Positions 1 to 13,047 of a stretch of 64,000 nt of DNA are shown here, piece after piece. Both the position numbers and the translations under genes were made by a program. The stretch is from Eledone cirrhosa (taxonomy: Eukaryota): assembly GCA_964016885.1 (NCBI GenBank), contig OZ024752.1, positions 6,510,001 through 6,574,000 on the forward strand, read 5' to 3'. The notes below the pieces were generated by a model. That model saw nothing but the letters and a program-made list of their open reading frames with translations, had not been told where the DNA came from and searched no databases. Numbering within the stretch: position 1 is the stretch's first letter; the number at the start of each line of letters is the position of its first letter.

Positions 1-214
1 ATATATATATGCATGTGTATATATATATATATATATATGCATGTATATATATATATATATGCATATATATATATGCATGTATATATATATATGCATGTAT
101 ATATATATGCATATATATATATGCATGTATATATATATATATATATATATGCATATATATATATATATGCATATATATATATGCATGTATATATATATAT
201 ATATATATATATGC

Positions 215-1557
215 ATCATCATCATCATCATCATCAGGTTTAGCGTCCGCGTTCCACGCTTGCATGGGTTTGGACGGGGGTTTTCCCACTTGAGGCAAGA
301 GTGGTTGTCTTGCTCGCATAGGACTGTCTGGCGGGTTTTCTACAGTTGGATGCCCTTCCTAACACCAACCACATTTACAGTGTGGGGCTGGGAGGTTTTT
401 ACCGTGTTGCCTACACGGCCACATTTACAGCGTGGACTGTGTGTTTTTTGTCGTGACACCTACACGATCTCATTTGTTTCGGCCTGGATGTTGTGGGACC
501 AACATAACTTTACATTGAAAGGGGCGGTGTGGGTGGGGTGGAGGTGGTGGGACGGGGGGTGTGTTTTGATAGAGATGCCTACTGACTGTAGTAGGTTTTT
601 ACTTTGTATTTAGGTAAGGCGGGTCTTCTCTATTACTGAGTACCGCCAAAGGTCTCGGTCCAGTGACATTGTCTTGGAGAGGTGTAAGCGTGTGAGGTCG
701 GAATTTATCAGCTCGTCCCATGTTTTTCTGGGTCTGCCTACTCCGTGGCTACCGTCTATCTTTATTGCCCTGCACTTTGTTATACAGCTGTCGTCTTTCA
801 TGCGCATCACGTGACCGTACCAACGTAGCCTTCTCTCGAGTAAACAACATCTGATCCCTCTTATTTCTAATTTTTTCCTTAGTTCGTTTATGCTTTGCCG
901 TTCACGTATATTACTATTGCACATCCAGCGGAGCATGCAAGCTTCGTTCCTCTCTAGTCTGCGTATATCCTCTGCACACAATGCCCAGGTCTCACTGCCA
1001 TGCAGCATTGCTGTTCGTATGCAGGCATCGTATAACCTGCCTTTCATTTTTAGGGAGAACCCTCTAGCGGCTAATAGTGGTATAAGCTCTCTGAACTTTT
1101 TCCATCCAGTTCTGACTCTAGCTACTGTACTTTCAGAGCACCCTCCCCCACTGCTGATTTTGTCACCCAGATAACGGAAGCTGTCCACTATTTCTATAGA
1201 ACCCTCTGCGCAGTTGAAGGAGCTAGTATTTTGTGGGCACTTGCTGCTACTTATTGCACCAGAGCACCGGCCACATGTAAAATCTATGTTCTTAGTTAGC
1301 TTACCTGTGATCCCACTACATCTTTTATGCACTCATACTTTGCATTTGGGACATAAAATGGAGTTTCTACCTACTCCTTTCCTGCACACTGAGCATGGCC
1401 ATTTCCCAGAAGGGACCGCCGCCTTATTTTCTTTCCTACAAACTAGAACTTTGGTCTTAGCCAGGTTAATTTTAAGGCCTTTTGATTCTAGGCCGTGCTT
1501 CCATGTTTGGAATTTCTTCTCTAGTTCGGTCATTGATTCAGCTATGAGCGTTAGATC
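215..1557 (-). mobile_element. 5'-truncated RTE-clade LINE (RT C-terminus, PHD insert, 3' UTR, (TGA)n tail)
   Basis: Reads DLTLIAES...FRYLG...MLHGSETW...RRLRWYGHVMR...GRPRKTW, with a stop at 610-612 and one nonsense codon at 1333-1335. Inserted in a (TA)n array. Confidence 0.92.
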
Positions 1558-1597
<40 letters not shown>

Positions 1598-1615
1598 GCA
1601 TATATATATATATGC

Positions 1616-1660
<45 letters not shown>

Positions 1661-1840
1661 TATATATATATGCATGTATATATATATATAAATATATATA
1701 TGCATGTATATATATATATATGCATGTATATATATATGCATATATATGCATGTATATATATATGCATATATATGCATGTATACCCTTGCAAGCAGGGAAA
1801 AGTGGACGTAAAATGAAATGATGAATGATGATGATGCATA

Positions 1841-1878
<38 letters not shown>

Positions 1879-1932
1879 TGTATATATATATATATACATA
1901 TATATGTATATATATATATATATATATATACA

Positions 1933-1974
<42 letters not shown>

Positions 1975-2599
1975 TGTATATGCCACAACAGGACAACCCG
2001 TCTAACCCATGCTAGCGTGGAAGAACGGACGTAAAACGGTGATGATGATGATGATGATGTATATATATATAAACTTTTTCAAATATAAAAACAGGAAAGG
2101 GGTAGGTGTAGAAGTTAAATCAGCTGAAAATACTGTAATTTATTACAATAAACTCTACAAAAATCTATCATATTTCCTTAAAAATATCCTGGCAGGGTTT
2201 GAACCCAGAACGTAAAGGGCCATAACTCTATGCTGCAAAGCATGGTGTCCAATGCTCTACCAATTACTGCCAATGCACCACCCTTCCTCTTTATATATAA
2301 TTGTTTCTACTTTTGGCACAAGGCCAACAATTACCCAGTGTATTACTGGTACTTTATTTTATCGACCCCGTAAGGATGAAAGGCAAAGTTAACCTCAGAG
2401 AGATTTGAACTCAGAATGGCAAGGGCCATGACTCTATGCATCTGACTCTCTACCAATTACTGCCAATCCACCACCATTCCTCTTTATATATAATACATCT
2501 TGTGCATGTCTTGTATCTGGTATAACTGTTGTAAACCAGACACACAGCAGATGGTGAAAGACCCTCAACTGTAGAATAAAATGTTATTTCATTACTTAC

Positions 2600-2696
2600 C
2601 AGATACTTGTTCCTGACTACTATTGAAGAAATAAGCCCCAGGTACATTGTTCTCAGGTGGATTCTTCGGCCGGCTTCCTTCACTATTAGATTTCAT
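2600..2696 (-). CDS. MAGI: MAGI linker exon (MKSNSEGSRPKNPPENNVPGAYFFNSSQEQVS)
   Basis: Acceptor TTTTCCCTATCCAG, donor GTAAGT; 97 nt, phase 0 to 1, open; a 173-nt intron separates it from the previous exon. Confidence 0.8.
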
Positions 2697-2869
2697 CTGG
2701 ATAGGGAAAATAAATATTGTTTAGATTCCGGTAAAAAGAAAAAACAAAAACAAACACACACAAAACAAAAAGAAAAAAGAAAAATGAAAGGCAATACTGG
2801 TTAGATTGACTTACTAAGTCAATCTAAGGTTAACCGTATTTATGTAATGTTTTTAAGGACTTAACTTAC

Positions 2870-2910
2870 CAATTTTGCTGGTTTTCGGGTTTTCCCGGGA
2901 GAAGAGACTC
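2870..2910 (-). CDS. MAGI: MAGI small exon after PDZ2 (GVSSPGKTRKPAKL)
   Basis: Acceptor TTCTTTGTTTCTACCAG, donor GTAAGT; 41 nt, phase 1 to 0, continuing the frame from 7159. Confidence 0.8.
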
Positions 2911-2980
2911 CTGGTAGAAACAAAGAACATAAATTAATTTCACATTCAACCTTTGACATTAATTTGCTAACAATGAAATA

Positions 2981-3147
2981 CCATATTTCCTGGCATCGAA
3001 GACCTATTTTTTTGCTAAAATAAGTCTCAAAAATCTACCATGAGTCCTGGAGGCTGAAGGTTGTTTATTATTTTTTTTCAAATTTTTGGTTGCCAAAATT
3101 AGGGTGCTTCCTCGAGGATGAAGCGTCTTCAGCGCCAGGGAATGAGG
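2981..3147. mobile_element. Tc1/mariner-pogo-like MITE, diverged copy
   Basis: TA flanks, degenerate TIRs, homologous to 23354-23522. Confidence 0.75.
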
Positions 3148-3565
3148 TACTCTAAAATATATTCTTCATCAGTGATTTAAAGTCTGTTCTAAGGCTCATC
3201 AGGCCAGTGCTTATCCCTGATTTCTTGGCATAAAGCGACAGAATACAAGACTCTCCCTGGATAGGACGCCAGTCTATGACAGGATTAACTCCCCAGCTAT
3301 TGCTGGTTCTCAGTCTCAGCTGAGTATTCTAAAGCAACAGGAAATAAAGTGTTTTTCCCAGGAACACAACACAGCAGCCTGACCAGGAATTGAACTAACG
3401 ACATTATGATCCTCCATCAACCATCCTAACCAATACGACATGTGGTTTCACCAGTTAGGATTATATTTTTGTTGCTGTTGTTGTTGTATGACATCTAGGG
3501 TGTCATTTACCCTGGTCTCAGGTTGACATATGGGGAGTTAAGAACTATGTGGAGGTCCTTTAGCT

Positions 3566-5089
3566 CAGGCATGTCAAACATGCGGCCCTTACAAGCACAC
3601 CTACGGCCCGCACAAAGGTTTTTACAGCGCGAGTGTAATATAAAATATTAGTTGTAATGTGCACAACACATATGTGACCCATGTAGCCCTCAGACAACAC
3701 ATATGTGACCCATGTGGCCCTCAGACAACACATATGTGACCCATGTGGCCCTCAGACAACACATATGTGACCCATGTGGCCCTCAGACAACACATATGTG
3801 ACCCATGTGGCCCTCAGACAACACATATGTGACCCATGTGGCCCTCAGACAACACATATGTGACCCATGTAGCCCTCAGACAACACATATGTGACCCATG
3901 TGGCCCTCAGACAACACACATGTGACCCATGTGGCCCTCAGACAACACATATGTGACCCATGTAGCCCTCAGACAACACATATGTGACCCATGTAGCCCT
4001 CAGACAACACATATGTGACCCATGTAGCCCTCAGACAACACATATGTGACCCATGTAGCCCTCAGACAACACATATGCAACCCAAGTGGCCCTCAGACAA
4101 CACGTGTGACCCATGTGGCCCTCAGACAACACATATGTGACCCATGTAGCTCTCAGACAACACACATGTGACCCATGTAGCCCTCAGACAACACATATGC
4201 GACCCAAGTGGCCCTCAGACAACACATGTGGCCCTCAGACAACACATATGTGACCCATGTAGCCCTCAGACAACACATATGTGACCCATGTAGCCCTCAG
4301 ACAACACATATGCGACCCAAGTGGCCCTCAGACAACACATATGTGACCCAAGTGGCCCTCAGACAACACATGTGTGACCCATGTGGCCCTCAGACAACAC
4401 ATATGTGACCCATGTAGCCCTCAGACAACACATATGTGACCCATGTAGCCCTCAGACAACACATATGCAACCCAAGTGGCCCTCAGACAACACGTGTGAC
4501 CCATGTGGCCCTCAGACAACACATATGTGACCCATGTAGCTCTCAGACAACACACATGTGACCCATGTAGCCCTCAGACAACACATATGCGACACAAGTG
4601 GCCCTCAGACAACACATGTGTGACCCATGTGGCCCTCAGACAACACATATGTGACCCATGTAGCCCTCAGACAACACATATGTGACCCATGTAGCCCTCA
4701 GACAACACATATGCGACCCAAGTGGCCCTCAGACAACACGTGTGACCCATGTGGCCCTCAGACAACACATGTGTGACCCATGTGGCCCTCAGACAACACA
4801 TATGCGACCCAAGTGGCCCTCAGACAACACGTGTGACCCATGTAGCCCTCAGACAACACATATGTGACCCATGTAGCCCTCAGACAACACATATGTGACC
4901 CATGTGGCCCTCAGACAACACATGTGACCCATGTGGCCCTCAGACAACACATATGTGACCCATGTAGCCCTCAGACAACACATATGCGACCCAAGTGGCC
5001 CTCAGACAACACATATGTGACCCAAGTGGCCCTCATACAACACATATGACCCATGAGGCCCTCGCGGTAGCCTCAGTCTGACATGCCTG
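3566..5089. mobile_element. hAT-type MITE with internal minisatellite expansion
   Basis: TIRs CAGGCATGTCAAAC / GTCTGACATGCCTG and a perfect 8-bp TSD CTTTAGCT (3558-3565, 5090-5097). Confidence 0.92.
3662..5060. repeat. 31-bp minisatellite (CAGACAACACATATGTGACCCATGTGGCCCT), about 45 units
   Basis: Direct tandem inspection. Confidence 0.97.
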
Positions 5090-7158
5090 CTTTAGCTGGA
5101 ATGTACCTATAATCCAAACAAGGGTCAGCACCTTGTCACCACTGTCTGTGGAATGCTCAGTCACTTGTTAATTTCACAAGTTCCATTGACAGAACAACTG
5201 GAAGACCCATCGTTGAAATTAATGGAGATCAATTCTATGTTTAGTTTTAAATCACCCTTCATTGAGCAGCCCTAACATCAAATGGGGACATAGTGTATTA
5301 TTTCGGACTATTGGACTACATTATCATATAGGTCCTCCATTTCTTAAAAATGGTAGTAGGGTGTAGTTTGTGGAATATCTGTAGTTTAATGACTGGAACC
5401 AGTAGAAGAACAATATAGCTATTTCAATATCAGGGTAGATAAATGTTGGAGGAGGACAGTTGATTATCTCCCTTGAATCTAGATTGTCTCCAATCATAAT
5501 ATAATAAAGGGAGGAGTGCAGGACTGTGTCCTGAATATATTTTTTTAACACGTTTGTAAAATAAGTTGGATTACTTTGAATAAATAATTATTTCTACTTT
5601 TGGCACAAGGCCAGCAATCACCCCAGTGCATTACCGGTACTTTATTTTATCGACCCCGTAAGGATGAAAGGCAAAGTTAACCTCGGTGGGATTTGAACTC
5701 AGACCATAAAGGGCCGTAACTCTATGCTGCAAAGCATGGCGTCCGACCCTCTACCGATACTGCCAATCCACCGCCCTTCTTTGAATAAATAATGAATTAC
5801 TTTGAATAAATAATTGTTTCTACTTTTGGCACAAGGCCAGCAATTATCCCAGTGCATTACTGGTACTTTATTTTATCAACCCCGTAAGGATGAAAGGCAA
5901 AGTTAACCTCGGCGGGATTTGAACTCAGAATAGCAAGGGCCGTAACTCTATGCGTCAAGGCATGGCGTCCGACCCTCTACCGATACTGCCAATGTAATGA
6001 ATGAATATTACATAATTTATCTACTAAATTTTGTAGCTGTTGATTAAACATAAATATTCACCTCCCTGACATTTGTATATTATTCTATGTACTATACATG
6101 CACCTTTGATGAGTTGTAGTGCACCTGAGCACTGTACACATTAATTTCATTATTATATTATTATAATGATTGCTTAGTTTAAGATTCACTTCTTTTAAAA
6201 TTTTCAAATGTCAATACTTCCAGTTATGATATAACGGACACTATATTACATATTGCTTATATAAATATACATATATTTGCATCGTTATATCATAATGTCG
6301 CTAATTTTCTCCTTTTTCATTTTCATAACATTTCACCGTAATCCAGTTTATATATAATATCGTCTTTTTTTAATATGTCATGGATGACTTTACTGATTAC
6401 AGAAGACAGTGTAACACAGTCTCTCTTCAATTTCTGTGTATATTGTCAATTATGATTTTATTTGATGTATCATATCAACATGTATATATACTTGTGTATA
6501 ATATCAATATACACACTACACATGGGTGATTTTTCTGCTAGTAAAGTTTAATTTAGACATTAATTTAGACACAATTTGATCAGTTTTATAAAGTCCAACA
6601 TATAAGACCTGTTGTTATTGATAGCATTGTGGTTAGCTAATGATGTGTGAAGTGTTTAAATTGGGAAATTGGGGTCTCATTAACCAGCGCCCCTCTTACA
6701 TCTGGAGGGGCAACAGAGGAGTACCCATTATAGGGATGGTCGACAGTTCTGGATATGTTAGCCCTATGTCAAAGTCTAACCCAAGCCTGGAGGAACATCA
6801 GGCCAGAGCTTATCCCAGTTTTAGTGGTGGTTAAGTAACTGAGAGTACAAGACTTTCCCCTGGACAGGACGCCAGTCCATCACAGGTTTAATCTCCAAAC
6901 GCAACTGCTGTTGCTGCGACTCATTTTCAGCTGAGTAGACTGGAGCAACATGAAGTGAAGTATTTTGATTAAGAACATAATATGCTGCCCAGTCTCAGAA
7001 TGGAACCTATGACATTGTGATCCAGATCCCAGCACCCTAACCCTAACCCTAACCACTAGTCTGCACTATTTCACACCAGCCCAGTGTACAGAAATTAAAA
7101 ATCATACAAAAAATAAAAATAAAAATAAATAAAAAGTTGTGTCGAACAACATAGTTAC

Positions 7159-7821
7159 CTCCTCTTTGTACGACAATTGCCGTCTCTTCTCCTTTAGGAC
7201 AATCCTTTAATACCTGTACAACTTCAGCATGGGCCATGTCTTTTACATTGGTTGTGTTTATCTCTAATAAAATATCACCTTCCATTAAATTCTTACAGCG
7301 AGTCTTCTCAAATATCTGTTTAACTCGTTGGCCGTACGAACTATCGGCAATGGTAAAACCGAACCCTGTAGCACCACGGATAATGTTCACAACTAAAATC
7401 TCTGGTTTGTTACTGTTTGGGATGAGGACATCAGGAGTATTGTCTGTATTAAGGACATCTCCACTATGGCTTCGTTGAGTAAAACTCAAATTAGAATTGT
7501 TGTCAGCGGCAGATCGAGCTAGGTCGGGTAAGGACTTGAGACTTTTTTGGGACGTATTTAGTTGATCCATGTTGCCGCTGCTACCATAACCTATGGAATT
7601 GGAAGGTCCTGTGTTGGTGGTGCCACTGTCTGTGGGTAAAGACACAGCCACCCGGGTAACTATTTCCGTGTTTGGATCATCGGGATCGAATGGTAACATG
7701 TATCCACGACAGACAGTGAGGCTTACTTCATCCCCTGGAGGTATCGCTTGGAAAAGAAGGATTACATCCTGGTGTGTATATCCCAGGACACACTCCTCAT
7801 TTACATAAACAAGAATATCCC
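7159..7821 (-). CDS. MAGI: MAGI exon, end of PDZ1, linker and complete PDZ2
   Basis: GDILVYVNEECVLGYTH...CRGYMLPFDPDDPNT and GFGFTIADS...QRVKQI...EGDILLEIN...VVQRGG match MAGI PDZ1/PDZ2. Acceptor T10-GTAG, donor GTAACT; 663 nt, phase 1 to 1. Confidence 0.96.
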
Positions 7822-8313
7822 CTACAAAAAAAAAAGGTGACAAAAATCAGCAGATGATAAAAACAAAAAGCATTGAACCATATCAAAGGAAAATATGAAC
7901 ACATTACCAGTATAAACACTACATCACTAATAGTAAACATGGTGAGGCTACGGTGTTTAGTAATCAAACATTTGAAAGGCCCTTTCAGTCTGGCTGAGCA
8001 TGTCTGTTACAACCTCTCTAGTGCCATGATAAAATGCACCCAGTACACTCTATAAGGTAGTTCGCTTTAGGAAGGGTATCCTGCTATAGAAACCATAGTT
8101 TTAGACTATGACAACCCATCCGACATGTGCCAGAACAGAAAGCAGATGTAAAATAATGATGAGTTCAGCAAGCTATAAGAAGCAGAGGCCATTATAGTAG
8201 ATGACAAAATTTCAGTTAAATATAAGCTTCAAAATATCACATTTTACTTGCGCTATGACTCACTATTTATAGTGATTGTTGACAATATGGTGATCTTTAT
8301 AAAATAAATTCTA

Positions 8314-8550
<237 letters not shown>

Positions 8551-8737
8551 TTAGATAATCAATGATATCAGTTCATTTGTAACAGAAAAATAAAACTTCT
8601 GGGGGTTGTAAAAAATAATTTTAATAATTAGAAAGTATTTTTTTTTAGAAAAAGGATTTAATGAAAGATTTTATTTGAACACACCTAAGATTCTAACAAA
8701 GTAATTAACATCATAAATATAGGTTAATACAGACATT

Positions 8738-10880
8738 AACACTGTCTATGTCATTAACCCTTTCATTACCTTATTTCTAATGAAAGACACTGTCTATGTC
8801 TTTAACCCTTTCATTACCATATTTCTAATGAAAGACACTGTCTATGTCATTAACCCTTTCATTGCCATATTTCTAATGAGAGACACTGTCTATGTCATTA
8901 ACCCTTTCATTACCATATTTCTAATGAAAGACACTGTCTATGTCATTAACCCTTTCATTACCATATTTCTAATGAAAGACACTACCTATGTCTTTAACTC
9001 TTTCATTACCATATTTCTAATGAAAGACACTGTCTATGTCATTAACCCTTTCATTACCATATTTCTAATGAAAGACACTGTCTATGTCATTAACCCTTTC
9101 ATTACCATATTTCTAATGAAAGACACTACCTATGTCTTTAACCCTTTCATTACCATATTTCTAATGAAAGACACTGTCTATGTCATTAACCCTTTCATTA
9201 CCATATTTCTAATGAAATACACTGTCTATGTCATTAACCCTTTCATTACCATATTTCTAATGAAAGACACTGTCTATGTCTTTAACCCTTTCATTACCAT
9301 ATTTCTAATGAAAGACACTGTCTATGTCATTAACTCTTTCATTACCATATTTCTAATGAAAGACACTGTCTATGTCTTTAACCCTTTCATTACCATATTT
9401 CTAATGAAAGACACTGTCTATGTCTTTAACCCTTTCATTACCATATTTCTAATGAAAGACACTGTCTATGTCTTTAACCCTTTCATTACCATATTTCTAA
9501 TGAAAGACACTGTCTATGTCATTAACCCTTTCATTACCATATTTCTAATGAAAGACACTGTCTATGTCATTAACCCTTTCATTACCATATTTCTAATGAA
9601 AGACACTACCTATGTCTTTAACTCTTTCATTACCATATTTCTAATGAAAGACACTGTCTATGTCATTAACCCTTTCATTACCATATTTCTAATGAAAGAC
9701 ACTGTCTATGTCATTAACCCTTTCATTACCATATTTCTAATGAAAGACACTGTCTATGTCTTTAACCCTTTCATTACCATATTTCTAATGAAAGACACTG
9801 TCTATGTCATTAACCCTTTCATTACCATATTTCTAATGAAAGACACTGTCTATGTCATTAACCCTTTCATTACCATATTTCTAATGAAAGACACTGTCTA
9901 TGTCATTAACCCTTTCATTACCTTATTTCTAATGAAAGACACTGTCTATGTCTTTAACCCTTTCATTACCATATTTCTAATGAAAGACACTGTCTATGTC
10001 ATTAACCCTTTCATTGCCATATTTCTAATGAGAGACACTGTCTATGTCATTAACCCTTTCATTACCATATTTCTAATGAAAGACACTGTCTATGTCATTA
10101 ACCCTTTCATTACCATATTTCTAATGAAAGACACTACCTATGTCTTTAACTCTTTCATTACCATATTTCTAATGAAAGACACTGTCTATGTCATTAACCC
10201 TTTCATTACCATATTTCTAATGAAAGACACTGTCTATGTCATTAACCCTTTCATTGCCATATTTCTAATGAGAGACACTGTCTATGTCATTAACCCTTTC
10301 ATTACCATATTTCTAATGAAAGACACTGTCTATGTCATTAACCCTTTCATTACCATATTTCTAATGAAAGACACTGTCTATGTCATTAACCCTTTCATTA
10401 CCATATTTCTAATGAAAGACACTGTCTATGTCTTTAACCCTTTCATTACCATATTTCTAATGAAAGACACTGTCTATGTCTTTAACCCTTTCATTACCAT
10501 ATTTCTAATGAAAGACACTGTCTATGTCATTAACCCTTTCATTACCATATTTCTAATGAAAGACACTGTCTATGTCTTTAACCCTTTCATTACCATATTT
10601 CTAATGAAAGACACTGTCTATGTCTTTAACCCTTTCATTACCATATTTCTAATGAAAGACACTGTCTATGTCATTAACCCTTTCATTACCATATTTCTAA
10701 TGAAAGACACTACCTATGTCTTTAACTCTTTCATTACCATATTTCTAATGAAAGACAGTCTATGTCATTAACCCTTTCATTACCATATTTCTAATGAAAG
10801 ACACTACCTATGTCTTTAACTCTTTCATTACTATATTTCTAATGAAAAGCACTGTCTATGTTATTAACTCTTTTATTACC
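8738..10880. repeat. 48-bp minisatellite (TTAACCCTTTCATTACCATATTTCTAATGAAAGACACTGTCTATGTCA), about 44 units
   Basis: Direct tandem; source of the spurious 663-aa ORF. The unit resembles the left end of a TTAA-flanked MITE family. Confidence 0.97.
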
Positions 10881-11263
10881 AAATTAGATTAAATTGATGT
10901 ATTCTATAACACTGAGATATTTTCATATCTCCCTTTGACCTATGTATGAAAGAAGAAAAATATCATCCCCAATTGTTAAAAATAAAATGAGAATGTTTAA
11001 TAGATTATCTCCCTTTAACTACACTAACACAACATAGATGTCATTAGAATATATTCACCAAAATGTGGCAATGCCACCTGAAGAACGTCCTAGAAGACAT
11101 AAAAGTACTTATGAAAATATAAAATAGAATATTAAAATCCAGCAGTGTTGAAACTTGATTGACTAATGGCTTATTACCTGTACAAAATTATACAAACTGT
11201 GGAATATATATATAATATTAAAATATAAATATTAATAAAATAGATGTTCTTTTGATCAATTAA

Positions 11264-11316
11264 ATTTTATTATACATATTTCAGAGGTACAACAGTACGT
11301 CCTCATCAGACAAAAT
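11264..11316 (-). ncRNA. Type I hammerhead ribozyme motif (left arm, sense to the MAGI pre-mRNA)
   Basis: Reverse complement reads ATTTTGT-CTGATGA-GGACGTACTGTTGTACCTCT-GAAA-TATGTA-TA-ATAAAAT. Confidence 0.72.
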
Positions 11317-11382
11317 ATGATATATGACATACCCTGAGATGTTAAATGGTTAAGATTTAATCAAGGTATGTCATGTATCATT

Positions 11383-11435
11383 ATATTGTCTGATGAGGAC
11401 GTACTGTTGTACCTCTGAAATATGTATAATAAAAT
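11383..11435 (+). ncRNA. Type I hammerhead ribozyme motif (right arm of fold-back)
   Basis: CTGATGA at 11390; stem II GGACGTAC-TGTT-GTACCTCT; GAAA-TATGTA-TA-ATAAAAT. Confidence 0.7.
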
Positions 11436-11659
11436 TTAATTGATCAAAAGAACATCTATTTTATTAATATTTATATTTTAATATTAATAACTCTGGAAAA
11501 TATTTTCTGTTGAGTGCTTCCAATCTACTGTAAAACTTATTCTTTGATGTACTCATTGAATCTTGTTTAACTCTTTAATATATACATATATATATATATA
11601 TTAAGTATTTCCGTAGAAAAGGTAAAGGAAAGAAGAGTGCTCTATGTATTGTACAGAGC

Positions 11660-11807
11660 TATTTAATTATGTAATAAACAACACAATATAATTATTTCAT
11701 TACCCAAGGTTTCAAAAAACTAGATGTTACTTGCAAGAAACATCTAGTTCCTTGAAACCTTCGGTAATGAAATAATTATATTGTGTTGTTTATTATGTAA
11801 TTAAATA
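11660..11807. repeat. Fold-back inverted repeat, arms about 69 bp
   Basis: AAACAACACAATATAATTATTTCATTACC / GGTAATGAAATAATTATATTGTGTTGTTT. Confidence 0.9.
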
Positions 11808-11838
11808 ATACATACATATATACATACATACATACATA

Positions 11839-11887
<49 letters not shown>

Positions 11888-12394
11888 TAGATAGATAGAG
11901 AGCTTAATGTGTTGTAAGCTTATGTTACTGTTGGTTCACCAACTTGAGCACTCGATGTGTCGGTGGGTCAGTTTAAGTCTAGTACGTGGTGTTACACATT
12001 TGGTATTAAACTAAGGTCAGTGTCCCTCATAATCAGAGTGTAATATTAATAAGTAGGAACAAGGTATCAATGAATCATCATTAGGTTTATTCAGGTGTGA
12101 CGCGCGTGTCGCTATTGATCAGCTCAAGGTTCAATCTGTATTGATTCTGTAGTCAAAAGTTCATCAGACTCTGGGTTCGTTAATCCAACAAACCAAAAGT
12201 TTCATGAGCTTTTATTTACAGAGTCAGGCCAGATCAATACAGATCGATACAGATTGAACTTTGAGCTGAATAAACATAATACACCTGAATAAACATAATA
12301 CTGATACATTGACACTTTCTTCCTACTTACATTTAATTATATATCAGAGTCTTGTAGCTTGCTTGAAGCATTGTTGAGTAGGAAACATAAATTG

Positions 12395-12735
12395 AAATTT
12401 TGAAAACCAATCAATGCGTTAGAAAAAATATTAAATCACCAAGATAATAAAAGAATCTTACCTTAGCAAATCTAATTATCCCAAATATTTCCAGGTTTAA
12501 AAACCCCTTATCAAGGGAGTATCCCTATGAGAGACTTAAAAATCGATCGGATTGACTACTCCGAACAAGCAAGTCAATCCGATTGATGTTTGAAGTCTCT
12601 CATAGGGTTACTTTCTTGATAAGGGGTTTTTAAACCTGGAAATATTTGGGTTCATTAAATTTGCTAAGGTAAGATTTTTTTTATTATCTTGGCAATTTAA
12701 TATTCTTTCTAACGCATTGATTGGTCTTCAAAATT

Positions 12736-12736
<1 letters not shown>
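12395..12736. repeat. Fold-back inverted repeat, arms about 165 bp
   Basis: CCCAAATATTTCCAGGTTTAAAAACCCCTTATCAAG / CTTGATAAGGGGTTTTTAAACCTGGAAATATTTGGG; abuts (TA)n. Confidence 0.92.
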
Positions 12737-12783
<47 letters not shown>

Positions 12784-13047
12784 AATAAACAAAAAAGAAA
12801 CAAAAAACATCTCAAAATAAATATAAACAAGAAATATTTGAAGAAAACTGAAAATTCAAAAAAAAAAAATTTAAATATAAATTCTTAAGAATAAGAATAG
12901 AAAAATATACAACAAAGAAGAAAAGTTGTTCTGAAGAAATATTTGTTGATTGATGGAACTAATAATGGTAATGGTATGAGACATTAGTAATAATGTGTTG
13001 TACGAGGGGAGAACTAGCAGGCAAGACTGAAGATTGAGGGGTTGGTG

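Larger units (their letters stand above)
11213..11486. repeat. Near-perfect fold-back, arms about 120 bp, each with a hammerhead (Penelope-like inverted pLTR arrangement)
   Basis: 11213-11333 is complementary to 11365-11486; flanked by (TA)n. Confidence 0.9.

Noticed and set aside
3662-5060. CRISPR-like regular repeats of 31-37 bp (also 35949 and 51760)
   Set aside because: Head-to-tail units with no unique spacers, no cas genes, and a eukaryotic context.
7035-7054. (CCCTAA)3 telomere-like motif
   Set aside because: Only three units, explained as slippage of CCCTAACCACTA at a SINE head.
8780-10771. 663-aa ORF (MKDTVYVINPFITIFL)n
   Set aside because: Translation of a 48-bp tandem whose unit is divisible by 3; intronic, with no evidence of coding function.
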